DNA from: Felis catus | Lineage: Eukaryota | Assembly (NCBI RefSeq): GCF_018350175.1 | Contig: NC_058368.1 | Span: 80,726,001-80,786,000 of the forward strand | DNA length: 60,000 nucleotides | Reading direction: 5' to 3' | In this document: positions 1 through 11,699 of the stretch, in pieces | Numbering within the stretch: the first letter of the stretch is position 1 | Layout of the letters: the number at the start of each line of letters is the position of its first letter | Position numbers and translations under genes: made by a program | The notes under the pieces: model-generated | The model's input: the letters and a program-made list of their open reading frames with translations, nothing else | Told to the model about the DNA's origin: nothing | Databases searched by the model: none

Positions 1-1149
1 CTGATTTACCAGTGTCTGTAAGGAACCCAGAAAAGAACACAAAGTCTCAAGAATTTTTTGTCCTGGAAGAGGCGTCACTGTTCTACAAGTGGGGATATCG
101 TTTCTGCATGGGGACAAGTGTTCATCCTCTCTCCATCCTTGCACTGTTCACACAGGAGTTGCGTGGGCGAGGCTTTTTCTTAACTTCTAACTTGTTTCAG
201 GCTCGAGAGGCTGGGCCGTCTGTGGGAAGAGTCTGGGCAGTGAGCCCTGCATCTGGGTTCTCACTGAGCCCTCAAGATATTTTTCATTTCCTTGACATCT
301 TTCTCATTCAAGACGGCAAGCGAGCCTTTGTGCTGTGTAAGTTGTAGTATTCGGTGACAGGGTATTGGGAGTTCTTTGTGCGCATAATTCTATGTTAGGA
401 AAACCTTTCACCAGCTTCTTAAATTGGCTGGTTTGAAGTGCACATTGTGTTGTGGCATAATCTGTATTATTAAGAATATGAACTTGGGAAATTAGCATCA
501 GATCTTTGAGAACAAATTGGGAATCCAAAGAGAAGGACTTACTGTCATTCTTTAGTCTTTAGGGCACGTTATTTAACACGTCACTTTTTTCCAAATGTTT
601 GACTTCTGTTTCTTCACGGGAATCATGCAGATGATTTCAAAACTTTAAACTGCATCTGGGGGCGAACTTACCAAGAGATTTCTGAAAGAAAATTATACTT
701 TCTTCAGTTGCTGCCATTTCTCTGTGACCAATCACAATATCTTGTTTATGATACACCATACATATCGTTTATAACAGATTGTGTGCTGGCCAGCTCCTGT
801 GCAGAGAGAGTCACGGAGATGCAGTCTCTGCCTCCAGGAACTTGACACCAAGGACCAAAAATACTTGCACCTGTAAAGATGCGGAAGCTATACTGAGACT
901 TGAATACTCACACATGGTCCATGTGCGTGTGTCTCTTCAATGGCTTCACTCACATAAATTCTAAATTTACACCATGAAGTAAGGGATCCACTGAGGAGCA
1001 TATATTCCCTGGAATTCAAGAATTTGAGGGCTCCTTTCTTGTCCCTTAAAAGCTCCTGGTTTGCTCGTTCACTTGGGTCCTTGCATTCAATTCATTCAGC
1101 ATCACTCAAAGTATACTTTCTCTGAGCCAAGCCCTTTGCCTACACCCTT

Positions 1150-1655
1150 GTATTAGTTATTGTTGCAGAACAAATTGCTCAAAATTTAGCTAAATAAGGT
1201 CACATTCATAGGTACCAGAGGTTTGGACCAACAGATCACTTGGGGGGGGGGCACAATTCCTAAATTGTGTCTAAATGATCTAAAGTGATGGCTTAGAAGC
1301 TTAGTTGGATGGTGTGGGGCTTGGCCACTCATCCATCCGAGGGCCCGACCAGAACTGAAAGGTCTTCTCCAAAGTGGCTCCCTTTGTGGGCACGTGGTTC
1401 TGACGGTTAACAGGAACCCCTTTCCCATGCCCTGAGGTCTGCTTCCCTGTCCTTATGACATGACTGTCTCTTTCCAGAGCGAGTGACCTGAGAAAGCTGG
1501 GTAGAAGCCACAGTGACACTCTGACCTAGCCTTAGAAGTTACATCCTGGTTCAGAGGTAATGCTATCTCTGCCCCATGGAGGTGTCTGTACCGACCTGCG
1601 TGTGAATACCAGGAGGCAAGCCCTCCCGCAGGCCATCTTAGAGGCTGGTTGTTCT
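1150..1655 (-). mobile_element. Degraded MaLR (MLT1H/I/J-like) LTR in TEX29 intron
   Basis: Starts tgtattagttattgttgcagaacaaattgctcaaaatttagc. Internal ctgacctagccttagaagttacat and the end gtgtgaataccaggaggc...ggccatcttagaggctg resemble MLT1 antisense consensus. Confidence 0.55.
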
Positions 1656-2084
1656 AGCCCTGGGGATGGAGAGGTGAACTCAGGTGAACACATTGCCCTG
1701 GGAAAGGCATCCCTGAGAGAAGCCCCGGCTGATTAGAACAGAGCCTCCAACAAGTAGCTCGCCAGTTGGTTCACTGCTGTGGTGTGCTGGTGACCACACA
1801 GGCCAGCCCCCCACCCCCTCCGTCCTCTGCCTGATGCACGCTTGACCACGGAGCACCCTTCCTATGCCTGACCATCCCCTACTGAGCTCATATCAATATG
1901 AGAAAATTAAGCATTTGGCTTCAGCCCCCTTCAGTTTTCTGACTTCAGCCCCCACGGAAAGGATCCCGGAGGCCCCGTCCGTTCTCAGAGACCCTCTGGC
2001 TCAGTCCAGAGAATATAATTCCCACTGGAGTCACCTTCCCACGACTGGGAAGCAGCTTTCTCTGCAGCTACTGCTTAACCATCT

Positions 2085-2545
2085 GTCATGGGTTGAACCA
2101 TGTTCCCCTAAGTGATCTGCCGAAGTTCAAACCTCCGGTACCTGTGAATGTGACCTTACGTAGAAACAGGGTCTTTGCAGATGTGATCAGTGAAGATGAG
2201 GTCATGCTGGAGTAGAGGCCCTGATTCCAATATGACTGGTGTCCTTCCAAGAGGAGCCTGAGTTAGACGCAGCGCACACAGGGGAGCACCACATGAAGAC
2301 AGGGTCACGTGGGGAAGATGCCCCAAGATGACGAGGCAGAGAGCGGGGGACGCATCTACAAGGACAAGGACACCTGGGGGCGCCGGGCCCACCAGGAGAT
2401 GGAAGAAGCAGGCAGGACCTCCCAGAGTCTTCGAGGGATACCTCCATTTTGGATTTCCACCTCTATAACCCAGACACTGTACTTCGCTATTGCGTTAAGC
2501 CACTGGTTAGTGGTGCTTTTTTCTAGCTGCCTCAGGACACGAAGG
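2085..2545 (+). mobile_element. MaLR solo LTR (MLT1C-like)
   Basis: Hallmark segments tgtcatgggttgaac, cctgtgaatgtgacctta, agggtctttgcagatgt, aagatgaggtcatgctggagtag, ccaatatgactggtgtcctt and ttaagccac. Confidence 0.8.
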
Positions 2546-3424
2546 CCGCTCCCAAGGACACAGCGTCCAGCAGTATTCCTGCCAGTTAAGGATGGGTGAA
2601 AACAGTTTATGGGAGGAGGTAAGAAACTTGAAGCACATCTTGTCACTCAGGGTGGGGTTTGCAAGGAGGCTGGTCTCTGTCCCTTAAGAGTGAAAGTAGT
2701 GAGAGAAGCGGCAGTGGTGACAACGGTGTGTGTGCTGCCTGCTGGCAGCTCAGCTCTGCCCTCCAGTCCCCTGGACCCTTCCCTCTGCCTGTTGGAGACC
2801 GTGTTGGGTGGAGGGCTCCCGCCGGGGCACGCTCATGGGCACCAGGGCTCCCGGATACAGTGCCTCGCTCTGCCTGAGACCGCTCTGTGACACAGAGACC
2901 CACGAGTCCATCCCAGCTGGGTGGGAGAGGGTCCTGCGGTGGAGGGTCCCCAAGAGAAGGCTGGGCCTCACCTGTGCCTGCTTCCACAGGGGTGAAAAGG
3001 GGCCCAGAGCTTTCCTGCACTGGGGACCATGGCCACAGGGGCCGCCTGCCCCCTCCAAGAGTCACCTTGAGGCCTTGGCTCTTCCGGTGGGCTCGTCTAG
3101 GGAAGACATGGGCAGTGTGGGGACAGTGGAGCCCCTTGTTAGTACGGCAGCCTCGGGATAACTCGCCTGAAGATGGAGAAACCGGTTCCTGGGAATTGGA
3201 GGAGGGAGGCCCAGATCATGGGCGGCAAAGGGGCTTTTCTGGAGGAGACCAGGGAGCTGCCCGCACCACTGTCTTATGGGCAGCCCTCAGCTGTCCTCTT
3301 CATGGCCCGCGTGGAGACCGTGGCAGTGTCACCAGGGAAGGATTGGAGGAGAGGCCGCCTGGGCAGGGGCAGGGGTACTGCCCACCTCGGAGGCAGGACT
3401 GACTTGTAACAAACTGTTTTCCAG

Positions 3425-3494
3425 TCTACGTGCAGGTGTTTTCTGCCTTGATCGTGATCATTGCTGGGGCCTTTGTCATCACTATCATTTACAG
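3425..3494 (+). CDS. TEX29: TEX29 internal coding exon encoding the transmembrane segment ([24 protein letters not shown])
   Basis: Acceptor ttttccag ends at 3424 and donor gtcagt starts at 3495. The peptide closely matches my recollection of human TEX29 ([24 protein letters not shown]). The 70 nt exon is phase-compatible with the next exon. Upstream exons lie outside the window. Confidence 0.93.
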
Positions 3495-4180
3495 GTCAGT
3501 TGTCTCTCCCTGTCTGAACTCACCCGCAAAAGGTGCAGGACGCAGGGCGCTAGGGAGCAGGTGGGGGATCCTCTCAGGGCCTGAGCTCCTGACAGCAGCC
3601 CCCATCCCCGGCCCATGCCAACGTTTAAGGAGCACCCACACTGTCAGCCCCCTGCCGGCCCCTGTTTGCCCGTGAGAACCCTGTCCGGTGTCTGCTGTTA
3701 CGGTGTAGATGAGAATCTGCCCTCTCCTTTTGGTGGGGAGGACACGAGGCCGTGGCCACTGGCAGCTGCCCCCAGGCAGGCCTGGATTCCTCGCTGCCAC
3801 TCGGGGCCAAGGTACCCCCACCGCAAGCCCCCTTGTGACATGGAGAAAAGCCAGTGAGACTAGTCAAGTCACTTTGTCCCACAGCAAGGAAAACCAGTCC
3901 CCTCCTGTGGGAACTCCTCTGGTGCCCGGTGACATCCTGAGTGGCCTTTCTGCACAGTCATACTGCCCCGTCCCTGTTCTCACCCTCCGGAGTCTGAATG
4001 CCACACACGATTGTGTGTTTGCAGCCTGTATAGGAAACTAACCTGGGAGCTATTAAGGCAAAGCGTGATCCTGAACCCTGCACCCTGTTTGAGGGGGACG
4101 TCTTGGTGGAGGACTGAGTGGCCCATTCAGTTTTCCATCTTTAATTTCCCTGATTGTAACAAAGAGTCTCTCCCCGTTAG

Positions 4181-4350
4181 AGTTGTTCAGGAGAGTAGGA
4201 GAGAAAAGGAAGTCCGCACGGAACTGCTTCCGTCACCCATGTCCAGCGATCAAGTGGAATTGACACTCTCCGGCGAGCAGGTGGGGTCCAAGCCTGGGAG
4301 TGCGGAGCCGTTGAACAGGAGCAAGGACAGCAAGGAGGAGGAAGAGGATG
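4181..4350 (+). CDS. TEX29: TEX29 penultimate coding exon (R-VVQESRREKEVRTELLPSPMSSDQVELTLSGEQVGSKPGSAEPLNRSKDSKEEEED)
   Basis: Acceptor tctctccccgttag ends at 4180 and donor gtgagg starts at 4351. The AG|A junction completes Arg in frame. VVQESRREK resembles recalled human VIQESRKEK. Confidence 0.9.
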
Positions 4351-5016
4351 GTGAGGTGGAGGGCTGTCCCCGCACAGGGCGCAACTGAGGGAGCTCGTCT
4401 GTGCCGGGCATGTCCTGGCGGTGGTGTGGGGACCCGGCCGCTACCGTGACGGCCTGATGGTCTGTTGCTGCTGGTCCCAGGGGGGTGCTCTGCAGGAAGC
4501 ACAGGCATTGGTATATGTATTAAGTCTCTCCTGGGGCTCTGGCCATCGTTGCTTTTCACAGGCGAGCACCTGGCCGGGTTAGAGAAGGAAGCGTCCCAAA
4601 TGGTCAGTTCTGCCTTAGGTGGCATCTGCAGGGACACGCCCTCTCTGGGTCTCTCCTTAACCCGTCAGTCATGGAGACTTGGTTTTACTGGAGCAGTTGG
4701 GAAGCAGAAGGGCGGGGAGAAGAGGTCTCCTGAAACGTCTTTTAGGATCCAGATCCTTGCCCCTGACCAAGCCGTGTCTGACTGTGGTCTTTCCCGCAGG
4801 GCAGGGCGTCACCTTCTCAGGGCACTTTCTGCAGAGCGAAGCCACCAGAAGCCACGCTCTCCTTGGGTAACAGAGCAGGCAGCACAGACCCACTGACCAA
4901 ACTGGCCTTTGAGTAAATCGTTGTTTACATGGCATATAATTGGCGTGTTCACAGACCTCATGACGTGGCTGAGTATTCCATTCAAAAGATCCACTCTTTC
5001 TTTATCTTAAATCCAG

Positions 5017-5057
5017 CAACACTGACAATAATGGAAGATGAAGAAACTGAGGACTGA
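5017..5057 (+). CDS. TEX29: TEX29 terminal coding exon (A-TLTIMEDEETED*)
   Basis: Polypyrimidine tract and acceptor ctctttctttatcttaaatccag end at 5016. The G|CA junction is in frame and TGA lies at 5055-5057. The C-terminal EETED matches the recalled human end. Confidence 0.9.
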
Positions 5058-5164
5058 GGTGTACGGCGGAGGCAGAGTGAAGGTTGGCAGAAACACCCAA
5101 GTGAAATGGTCCAGCTGGCGAACCGCTGTGAAGTGTGTGATGGAAACAGGACCAATGACGAGAC

Positions 5165-5170
5165 AATAAA
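5165..5170 (+). terminator. TEX29 polyadenylation signal AATAAA
   Basis: Canonical hexamer ~108 nt after the stop codon, followed by GU/U-rich sequence (tgcttcttgttccgtgtcgtt). Confidence 0.8.
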
Positions 5171-5630
5171 GGTATTTTAGATGCTTCTTGTTCCGTGTCG
5201 TTGAAGTCAGTGCTGTCATTCTACCTTCAGACAGAGACAACCTGGGAAGTGCGCAGACATTCGCTGGAAGCTTCCAGCGCTCAGTGGTGCCACTTGTTAG
5301 CGCTGCTGGAGTCCAGGCAGCTCACAGCACCTCGCTGGAGAGGCCACCGCACCCTTTCTCAGGAGACAGGGTGGGTGGGCTTGTCGCTCCAACTCACTGG
5401 GCCTCAGGACCTGCCCAGGAGGGGCGTGGCACCCATTTCTGGGAGGCCCCAGGGGGTCTGCTACAGCTTCCTCACAGCCCCTCTTCTGTGACAGAACACG
5501 ACTAGTGGGTGCTAACCGTGGGGGTTACAGCCCACCGAGCCCCTAGTCTTGGAGAATCTCTGCCCTCTACCTTGGAAACTTGTGTTCTCCAGAGCAGGTG
5601 TGGCTCATTCATCTGGACATTGTGGGCTTA

Positions 5631-6368
5631 ATATGTGTGTGAGCATGTGTGTGTGCATGCACCTGCATTCATATGTGTGTACACATGTGCATACATGTAT
5701 ATGTGTGCATGTGTGTATGCATACGGGTGCATGTATATCCGTGCACACGTGTGTCTACATGTATGTTGTGCACACATATGTATGCATGCTCGTGTGTACA
5801 TGTGTATCTGTATTTGTGCATGATCTTATGTGTGTGCACATATATATGTATACGTATGTGTATGCATATGTATATATATGTATACTTGTGTATATGCATA
5901 TGTATGAGTACATATGTACATGCACATGCATATGTGTATGTGTACACGTGTATGCACGTAGACATGTACACATGTGCATGCTCAGTGTACCCATGTGTGC
6001 ATGTATGTGTATGCATGTGTGTGCACATGTATGTATGCTTGTGTGCACATGTGTGCATATGTGTATGTGTGCACATGTATGGGTACACACACTTGTGTGT
6101 ATGCTTGTGTGTGTATGTATACGCGTACATATGTGTGCACATGCACAGTGTATGTATGCCTGTACACACTGCACATGCAGGCATGCACATGTATATCTGT
6201 GTGTACATGTGTGCGTATACATCTGTGTGTGTATATGTGTGTGTGTATACATGTGATATATATAATATATAATATATATCATAATATATAATATATATAA
6301 TACATATATATAATATAATATGTGTGTGTGTGTGTGTATACGTGTGATATATATATAATATATATATC
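5631..6368. repeat. Degenerate (TG/TA/CA)n alternating purine-pyrimidine low-complexity tract with AT-only core
   Basis: Directly visible. TGTG, TGCA, TATG and TGTACA units, a near-pure TA block at ~6256-6320, then (TG)n. Confidence 0.97.
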
Positions 6369-7372
6369 AAGTTGAGCATACATTCTGCTTAAAGGGGTGA
6401 GCACTCAGCACCGAATGTCAGGGCAACAGGTCAAGCCCAGTGGGCGGGTGGGCAGGGCCTGGCGTTGTTGGCTCTGGGGGTCTCGATGGCAATTCCCACC
6501 CGGTTCCTGCTCTAAGGGCTTCCTTGTCAGAGCTACCTTGGGTCGAAGTTCATCTACTCCAATGAGCCTCAGGTTTATTTAGGGGACTGGAAGGAGTTGT
6601 GCCCCCAAAGAAGAGCTTGTTATGGCTCCCCGCAGGCTGGGAGCAAATCCGCCCGCTGTACTCGGAAAGGGCAGGGGACACGTGTGCCGTTTTGCATGGT
6701 CTTAAGAAAGTAACACGGCTGAGATGAGGTGCAGTAGCACGTTCTCCGTAACCCCAGATCCCCAAATGTCCTCTCAACACACAGTCGGTGTGGAAACACG
6801 AGTTTGTATAACACACTTCCCATGCCCTTTTACAACTCTCTGAGTTTTACATTTTGAGAGCTTCTCAGTCCAGACTGGCCCCATTTGCAAGTGGCTGCAT
6901 GTGGCCGGGGGCTGCGTGTTGGACGGTGTGGTTCTGGAGGCGGGAAGGGGGATAGGTGCATCCGAGTCCAGCCCACCCCGCCTTGCTCACTGTCCGGGGC
7001 AGCAGCGTGTCCAGCAGGTGGCTGTGAGCCTCCCTGGATGGCGCTGGCTTGGCCTAGCCCCCTCCCCTTCGTGGAGTGGACAGTTTAACCCTCACCGGGG
7101 TTGGGAAGGAGCATCAGCCAGTTGAAGCTGGTACAAGACACTCCATTTATGGGACTAAATGGCTGCTTATGTTTTTACTTCCTTAGAAAGTTCTATTACA
7201 GAAAACACAAAACATTCAGAAAAGTAGAAATAAACCGTTCGTGTCCCCATGACCACAAATGACCATAGTTAGTACTTGATCGTAGATGCTATTTTCTTCA
7301 CATTTCTTCTCTAACACAGTATTTTGAGTCCAGCCTGTGCTTGGGACAGTAATGGACGCTTGTCTTTTCTCC

Positions 7373-7841
7373 TGTGATGTTTATGTGTCGACCTGACTGG
7401 GCCACAAGGTGCCCAGATGTTTACTCGAACATAATTCTCGATGTGTCTGTGAAGAGGTTTCTGGATGAGATTGACACTTGAATCAAGTAGACTGAGGAAA
7501 TCAGATGGCTCTCCCTAGTGTGGGTGAGTCTCATCCAGTCAGTTGAAGGCCTGCACAGAATAAGAAGGCTGATTGTCCTCTGAGTAAGAGGGACTCCTCC
7601 TGCCTGATTGCCTTTGAACAGAGGCATTGTTTTTCCTGCCTTTGATCTGAACTGAAAGATGGGCTTTCCTGGGTCTTGAGCCTGCCTGACTTCGGGTTGG
7701 AGCTCAGAGCATTGGCTCTCCTTGTGTCCAGGTTGCTGACTGCACACCTGGGGACCTGTCAGCCTCCCTAATTGCATGAGCCACTTCTTTAGAATCAGCC
7801 TCCTATTGCCTCCTGTTTCTCTGGAGAACGCTGACCAATAC
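7373..7841 (+). mobile_element. ERVL solo LTR (MLT2D-like)
   Basis: Starts tgtgatgtttatgtgtcgacctgactgggccacaaggtgcccagat, internal ctcatccagtcagttgaaggcctg, ends gtttctctggagaacgctgaccaatac. Confidence 0.85.
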
Positions 7842-7847
7842 CCCTCA

Positions 7848-8520
7848 GTGTAATGAAGAAGGTGGCCTCAGCCCAAGGAGAGGTCTGGTCTCTGTCCCTG
7901 GTGCCTGGGAGTTTCCCAAGGGCTAGAAATGTCTCTGGGACTCAGGATGGGCCCCTAGACAGCTGCTGCTAACAAGGTGACTCAGGATGGAGTCAGCTGC
8001 ACCAGGCACACGGGCCATGGGCTGTCAGCCCAACCCCTTGGAGAGAAAAGGGCAGCAGGTTGAGTTCAACCACACGGACAGCAGTGTAATCAGTCGTGTC
8101 TTGTGTCTATATAATGAAGCCCCAGGAAACGCTGGGCACTGGGCTGGGCTGAGTGCCCCTGGTTGCTGACCGACATGGATGTGCCTGGAGGGTGGTGCAT
8201 CCCGAGGGCACAGAAGCGGCACCTGTGGGACCCTCCACCTTGTCCTGTGCGTCTCTTCCTTTGGCTGTTCTGATCTGTATCCTCTGGATACAATGAAACT
8301 TGAATCCTAAGTATACTCCTTCCTCGAGTCCTGTGGGTGGCTCTGGCAAATTGTGGTATGCAAGGGTGGTTGTGCAGACCCCCAGTTTTGCAGCCAGCTG
8401 GAGTGAGGGTGGTGGGGGGGCCCCAGACCTGAGGCCGGTTCTGGAGCGAGAGCGAGAGCAGTCGTGTGGAAACTGGTACCTCGGATTGTGCGGTGTGGCT
8501 AAACTGCCTGGTACCCTCTT
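7848..8520 (+). mobile_element. MER21-like LTR, abutting the MLT2
   Basis: Segments ttgagttcaaccac, ataatgaagcccca, cctggagggtggtgcatcc, ttggctgttctgatctgtatcct and gagtcctgtgggtggctctggcaaattg resemble MER21 consensus. Confidence 0.65.
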
Positions 8521-9334
8521 CCTCACTGCCGTGATTTTGCCCCTGGCCCCACTGCTGGCTGCCCGCACCAAGGGAGGCTAGAACCCACATTCTCTTTACC
8601 CTCATCATCCTGGGAGGGGATGGGCCTGAGAAGGGTCATGTCAGGCTTGTCAGTGCCCACAAGGACAAAGAGACCTCACCAGGTCCTGCAGAAGGTCGGG
8701 GAGGCCCATCTGGTCTGGGGGAAGTGGAGGCCAGGTCATCTGGGCCTGAAGGAGGCCTGCAGTCCTGGCCACGAGCGTCCCATTTGAACCGCTCGCAGTG
8801 TTTTCTGTCCACGCTGCGTTCCGGAATCATCTCGTTCTTGGCCGCTGAAGCTTGTTGCATGTCTACGACGGGCATGCCACGAGCCTGCCCTCACAGAGAC
8901 ACAAACCCTCCTCGACCGGCCCGTGCAGTACCTGACAGATTATGGAATAATTCTCGTTGTTCTCACTTGTCTGAGAATAAAAACATTTTATTCTGAAAGT
9001 AAGGTGGCATACACTATCATCTGATCTTTTGATGAAGCAAAGAAAAGCTGATTGATTTTTAGATAATGAACTTGCCATTAAGTCTCGATTTGGATTCCGT
9101 GTGTTTAACTGCCTAGTACCATTCGGCACGTCCCCCACTCCGTGTTGTGTTGGTATGTCACCCACAGGACACGACACTTCCCGGGTCCAGTCCACATAGA
9201 GGCTGCTGCTGATTGTTCACAAGAAAAAGAAAGTCTGAGCATAGTCTTTGGCTCACAACTCTCCCTTCCCTCCCAGGATGATCCACAGTCTGTCTCTTTG
9301 TGCTTGTTTCTAGGTTGCAAGTAAATAGATTTTA

Positions 9335-9575
9335 TTTTTTTTTATTTTTATTTAAAAAAAATTTTTTTTTCAACGTTTATTTATTTTTTTGGGACAGAGA
9401 GAGACAGAGCATGAACGGGGGAGGGGCAGAGAGAGAGGGAGACACAGAATCGGAAACAGGCTCCAGGCTCTGAGCCATCAGCCCAGAGCCTGACGCGGGG
9501 CTCGAACTCACGGACCGCGAGATCGTGACCTGGCTGAAGTCGGACGCTTAACCGACTGCGCCACCCAGGTGCCCC
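9335..9575 (-). mobile_element. Young felid CAN-SINE (SINEC_Fc) with perfect 15 bp TSD
   Basis: tRNA-derived head, (CT)n region and A-tail on the minus strand. TSD agtaaatagatttta at 9320-9334 and 9576-9590. Most CpGs are retained. Confidence 0.97.
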
Positions 9576-10119
9576 AGTAAATAGATTTTAAAAACGAACC
9601 TCAATCTCTTGCTTTCCCAGACTGATTTTAGAAATTAAATGCAGACGCGTAGAATAAATTCCCCCCAGAGTGGCTTTCCGGAGTGCGGCTAGCAGTAGAA
9701 TGAGCACGTTTACGTCTTCAGGTTTGTGAACATCTCTGCAAGTGGGAGGAGGGCTCCAGAGCAATTGGCCAGGTGTGGGGCCGGGGGGGTGGGGGGCAGT
9801 TCCTGGGGACACTGGGTGTGGTGTGGCCTGGGACCTTGGTGGCCCATGGGTGGGGTGTGCGGGATGATGACGAGGGGACGGAGGTGGGGCCGGCCTTTCC
9901 TCTGGCCCCACCCATCCCAGTGTGTCAGCCTGCCTGAGAGCGGCACCAAATCGGTCCTTCGGGATGAGCCGGGAACCAGCTTCCCCCAAGCAGTGGCAGG
10001 TGCCGCTGTGATCCGTGAAACGGTGCACACCCAGGTACACGGAGGTACATGGCAGCAAAACTGCTACAGTCTTCAGACAAAGCTCTGTCCTCAGCTGGGA
10101 GAGAGAGGATGGGCAAGAG

Positions 10120-10480
10120 GCAGAAAGCCAGCCCCTGAGATGCCCGCGTCCTGATCCCCAGAACCTGCGCATGTGTGAGTCGCTTTGCAGATGTGACACA
10201 CTCGGGGTCCTGGAGGCCGGCCCAGCTGGTGACCCAGGTCCTGAGAAGTGGGCCCTCGCCGCAGCGGTAGGAGGGAGGTGAGCCTGGGAAGGTGGAGGAG
10301 GCATTGTGGAGTGGCCATGAGCCCAGGAGCGAGCGCTCCTAGAAGCTGGATAAAGGCAAGGAATGGAGTCTCCCCGACACCTTCACTGTGCCCCCCACTG
10401 ACCGGCAGAACTAACACATCTGTGCTGTATCATGCCACTGAGTGCGTGGTGCTTTGTCACGGCGGCAGCAGAAAGCGGAG
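10120..10480 (+). mobile_element. Degraded MaLR LTR (MLT1D-like)
   Basis: Segments gtcctgatccccagaacctg, ctttgcagatgtg, ctagaagctggataaaggcaaggaatggagtctcccc and gccactgagtgcgtggtgctttgtcacggcggcagcagaaa. Confidence 0.65.
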
Positions 10481-11409
10481 ATGGGGCTGCTGTGAGCCTT
10501 CGTCTAGGACCGCGGGGTAGCAAGAGTGCTGCTGGCTACAGACACTCCAGCACCCTAGGGATGTTGTTAGGACCGCACAGCCTGTGCCCACAGCAGACCA
10601 CCTGTATCAGGGCGTGCAGGCTGCTGCCAGCCGGGCCTCACAGTCAGGAGCAGGTAGATAGAGGCAGGCAGGCAGGGGGCTCCGGGCACCCACGAGGTGA
10701 GTGGTCATGGTTCATGGTGAGCACAGCACAGTTGCAGGCTTCCTCTTGTCCTTCAGCCTTGGGGGTGCAGGTGTAGACAAGATGGAGAACTGGAGTAAGC
10801 AGACTTGTAGTTTAGCCAATGGAGCATGCTGAGAGGGGAGGGGAGAAGGGTTAAGGGTGTCTAGAGGGAAGTTCTAGTAGGAGGACCTTGGAAAGTAAGC
10901 TGGGTGAAGAGACACAGAGGACACAGGGGTGGGGATGGGAGAAGTGAGGGGTCAGCTCAAAGGGGAGAGGTGGGGGGCCAAGTGTGCAAAGCAGAGGTGA
11001 CTGGTTTTGGCAAGGTCAAGAACAAGACCGCGGTGCTGGCTTCCTGGGTGGGTTTAGGCTAGAAACAGGCTTCCCTTAGTGCAGGGTCTTGCTGGCAGCA
11101 CTGTGAAATCTGCCCCCAGGACTTCACCACTTAAGGATCATGCAGCTTTGTGTCTGGTCATGTGGTTCCAACTGACAAGACTTGTCTTTCTGAGTAGCTT
11201 GGAGGGTGGGATCCCACCCACGGCCACGAATCTGTCTCGTGGGTGCAGTGACGTGCTGACTTCCATTTCTGGGTAAATTGGCTCTTGGTACCAAAAAGGG
11301 AGAAAAACCCTCCACCTTTTGGGCATGCATTTTCTCACCCAAACACTTCGCAAAGCCCTGTCTGCAGCCAACACAAGGACAATGGTTGCTCCCGCTGCTT
11401 CTGTCCTGT

Positions 11410-11690
11410 GGAAGAGATGGTAGGAAATTAGTATAATTTCTTCCTCAAGTGTTTGGTCAGATTCACCAGTAAACCCGTCTGGGTCTGGGGTCTGGTGCTT
11501 TCTGTCTTGGAACATTATTGTCTGTTTCTTCTTATGTGAGTTTTGGCAAATTGTATCTTTCAAGGAGTTGGTCTGTTTCACACAAATTATCAAATTCGTA
11601 GGTGTAAAGTTCAGTTTTCCTCTTTTATCCTTCTAATGCCTGTGGGATATGTAGTGATGTCCCAGCTTTCATTTCTGATGTTAGTAACTT
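11410..11690 (-). mobile_element. L1 ORF2 (RT-proximal) fragment
   Basis: The minus-strand translation TPDPDGFTGESDQTLEEEIILISYHLF resembles the L1 ORF2 motif [27 protein letters not shown]. Confidence 0.85.
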
Positions 11691-11699
11691 GCCTTTTTT

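Noticed and set aside
4011..4388. 125 aa ORF as a stand-alone gene
   Set aside because: Only 4181-4350 is exonic (TEX29). The flanks are open intronic sequence.
5549..6379. Long Cys/Val/Met/His/Tyr-rich ORFs (175-236 aa) on both strands
   Set aside because: They are translations of the (TG/TA/CA)n tract, which rarely contains stop codons. They are not metallothionein-like or otherwise real proteins.
9588..10304. 238 aa minus-strand ORF
   Set aside because: It overlaps an MLT1 LTR and G-rich low-complexity sequence, with no homology recognised.
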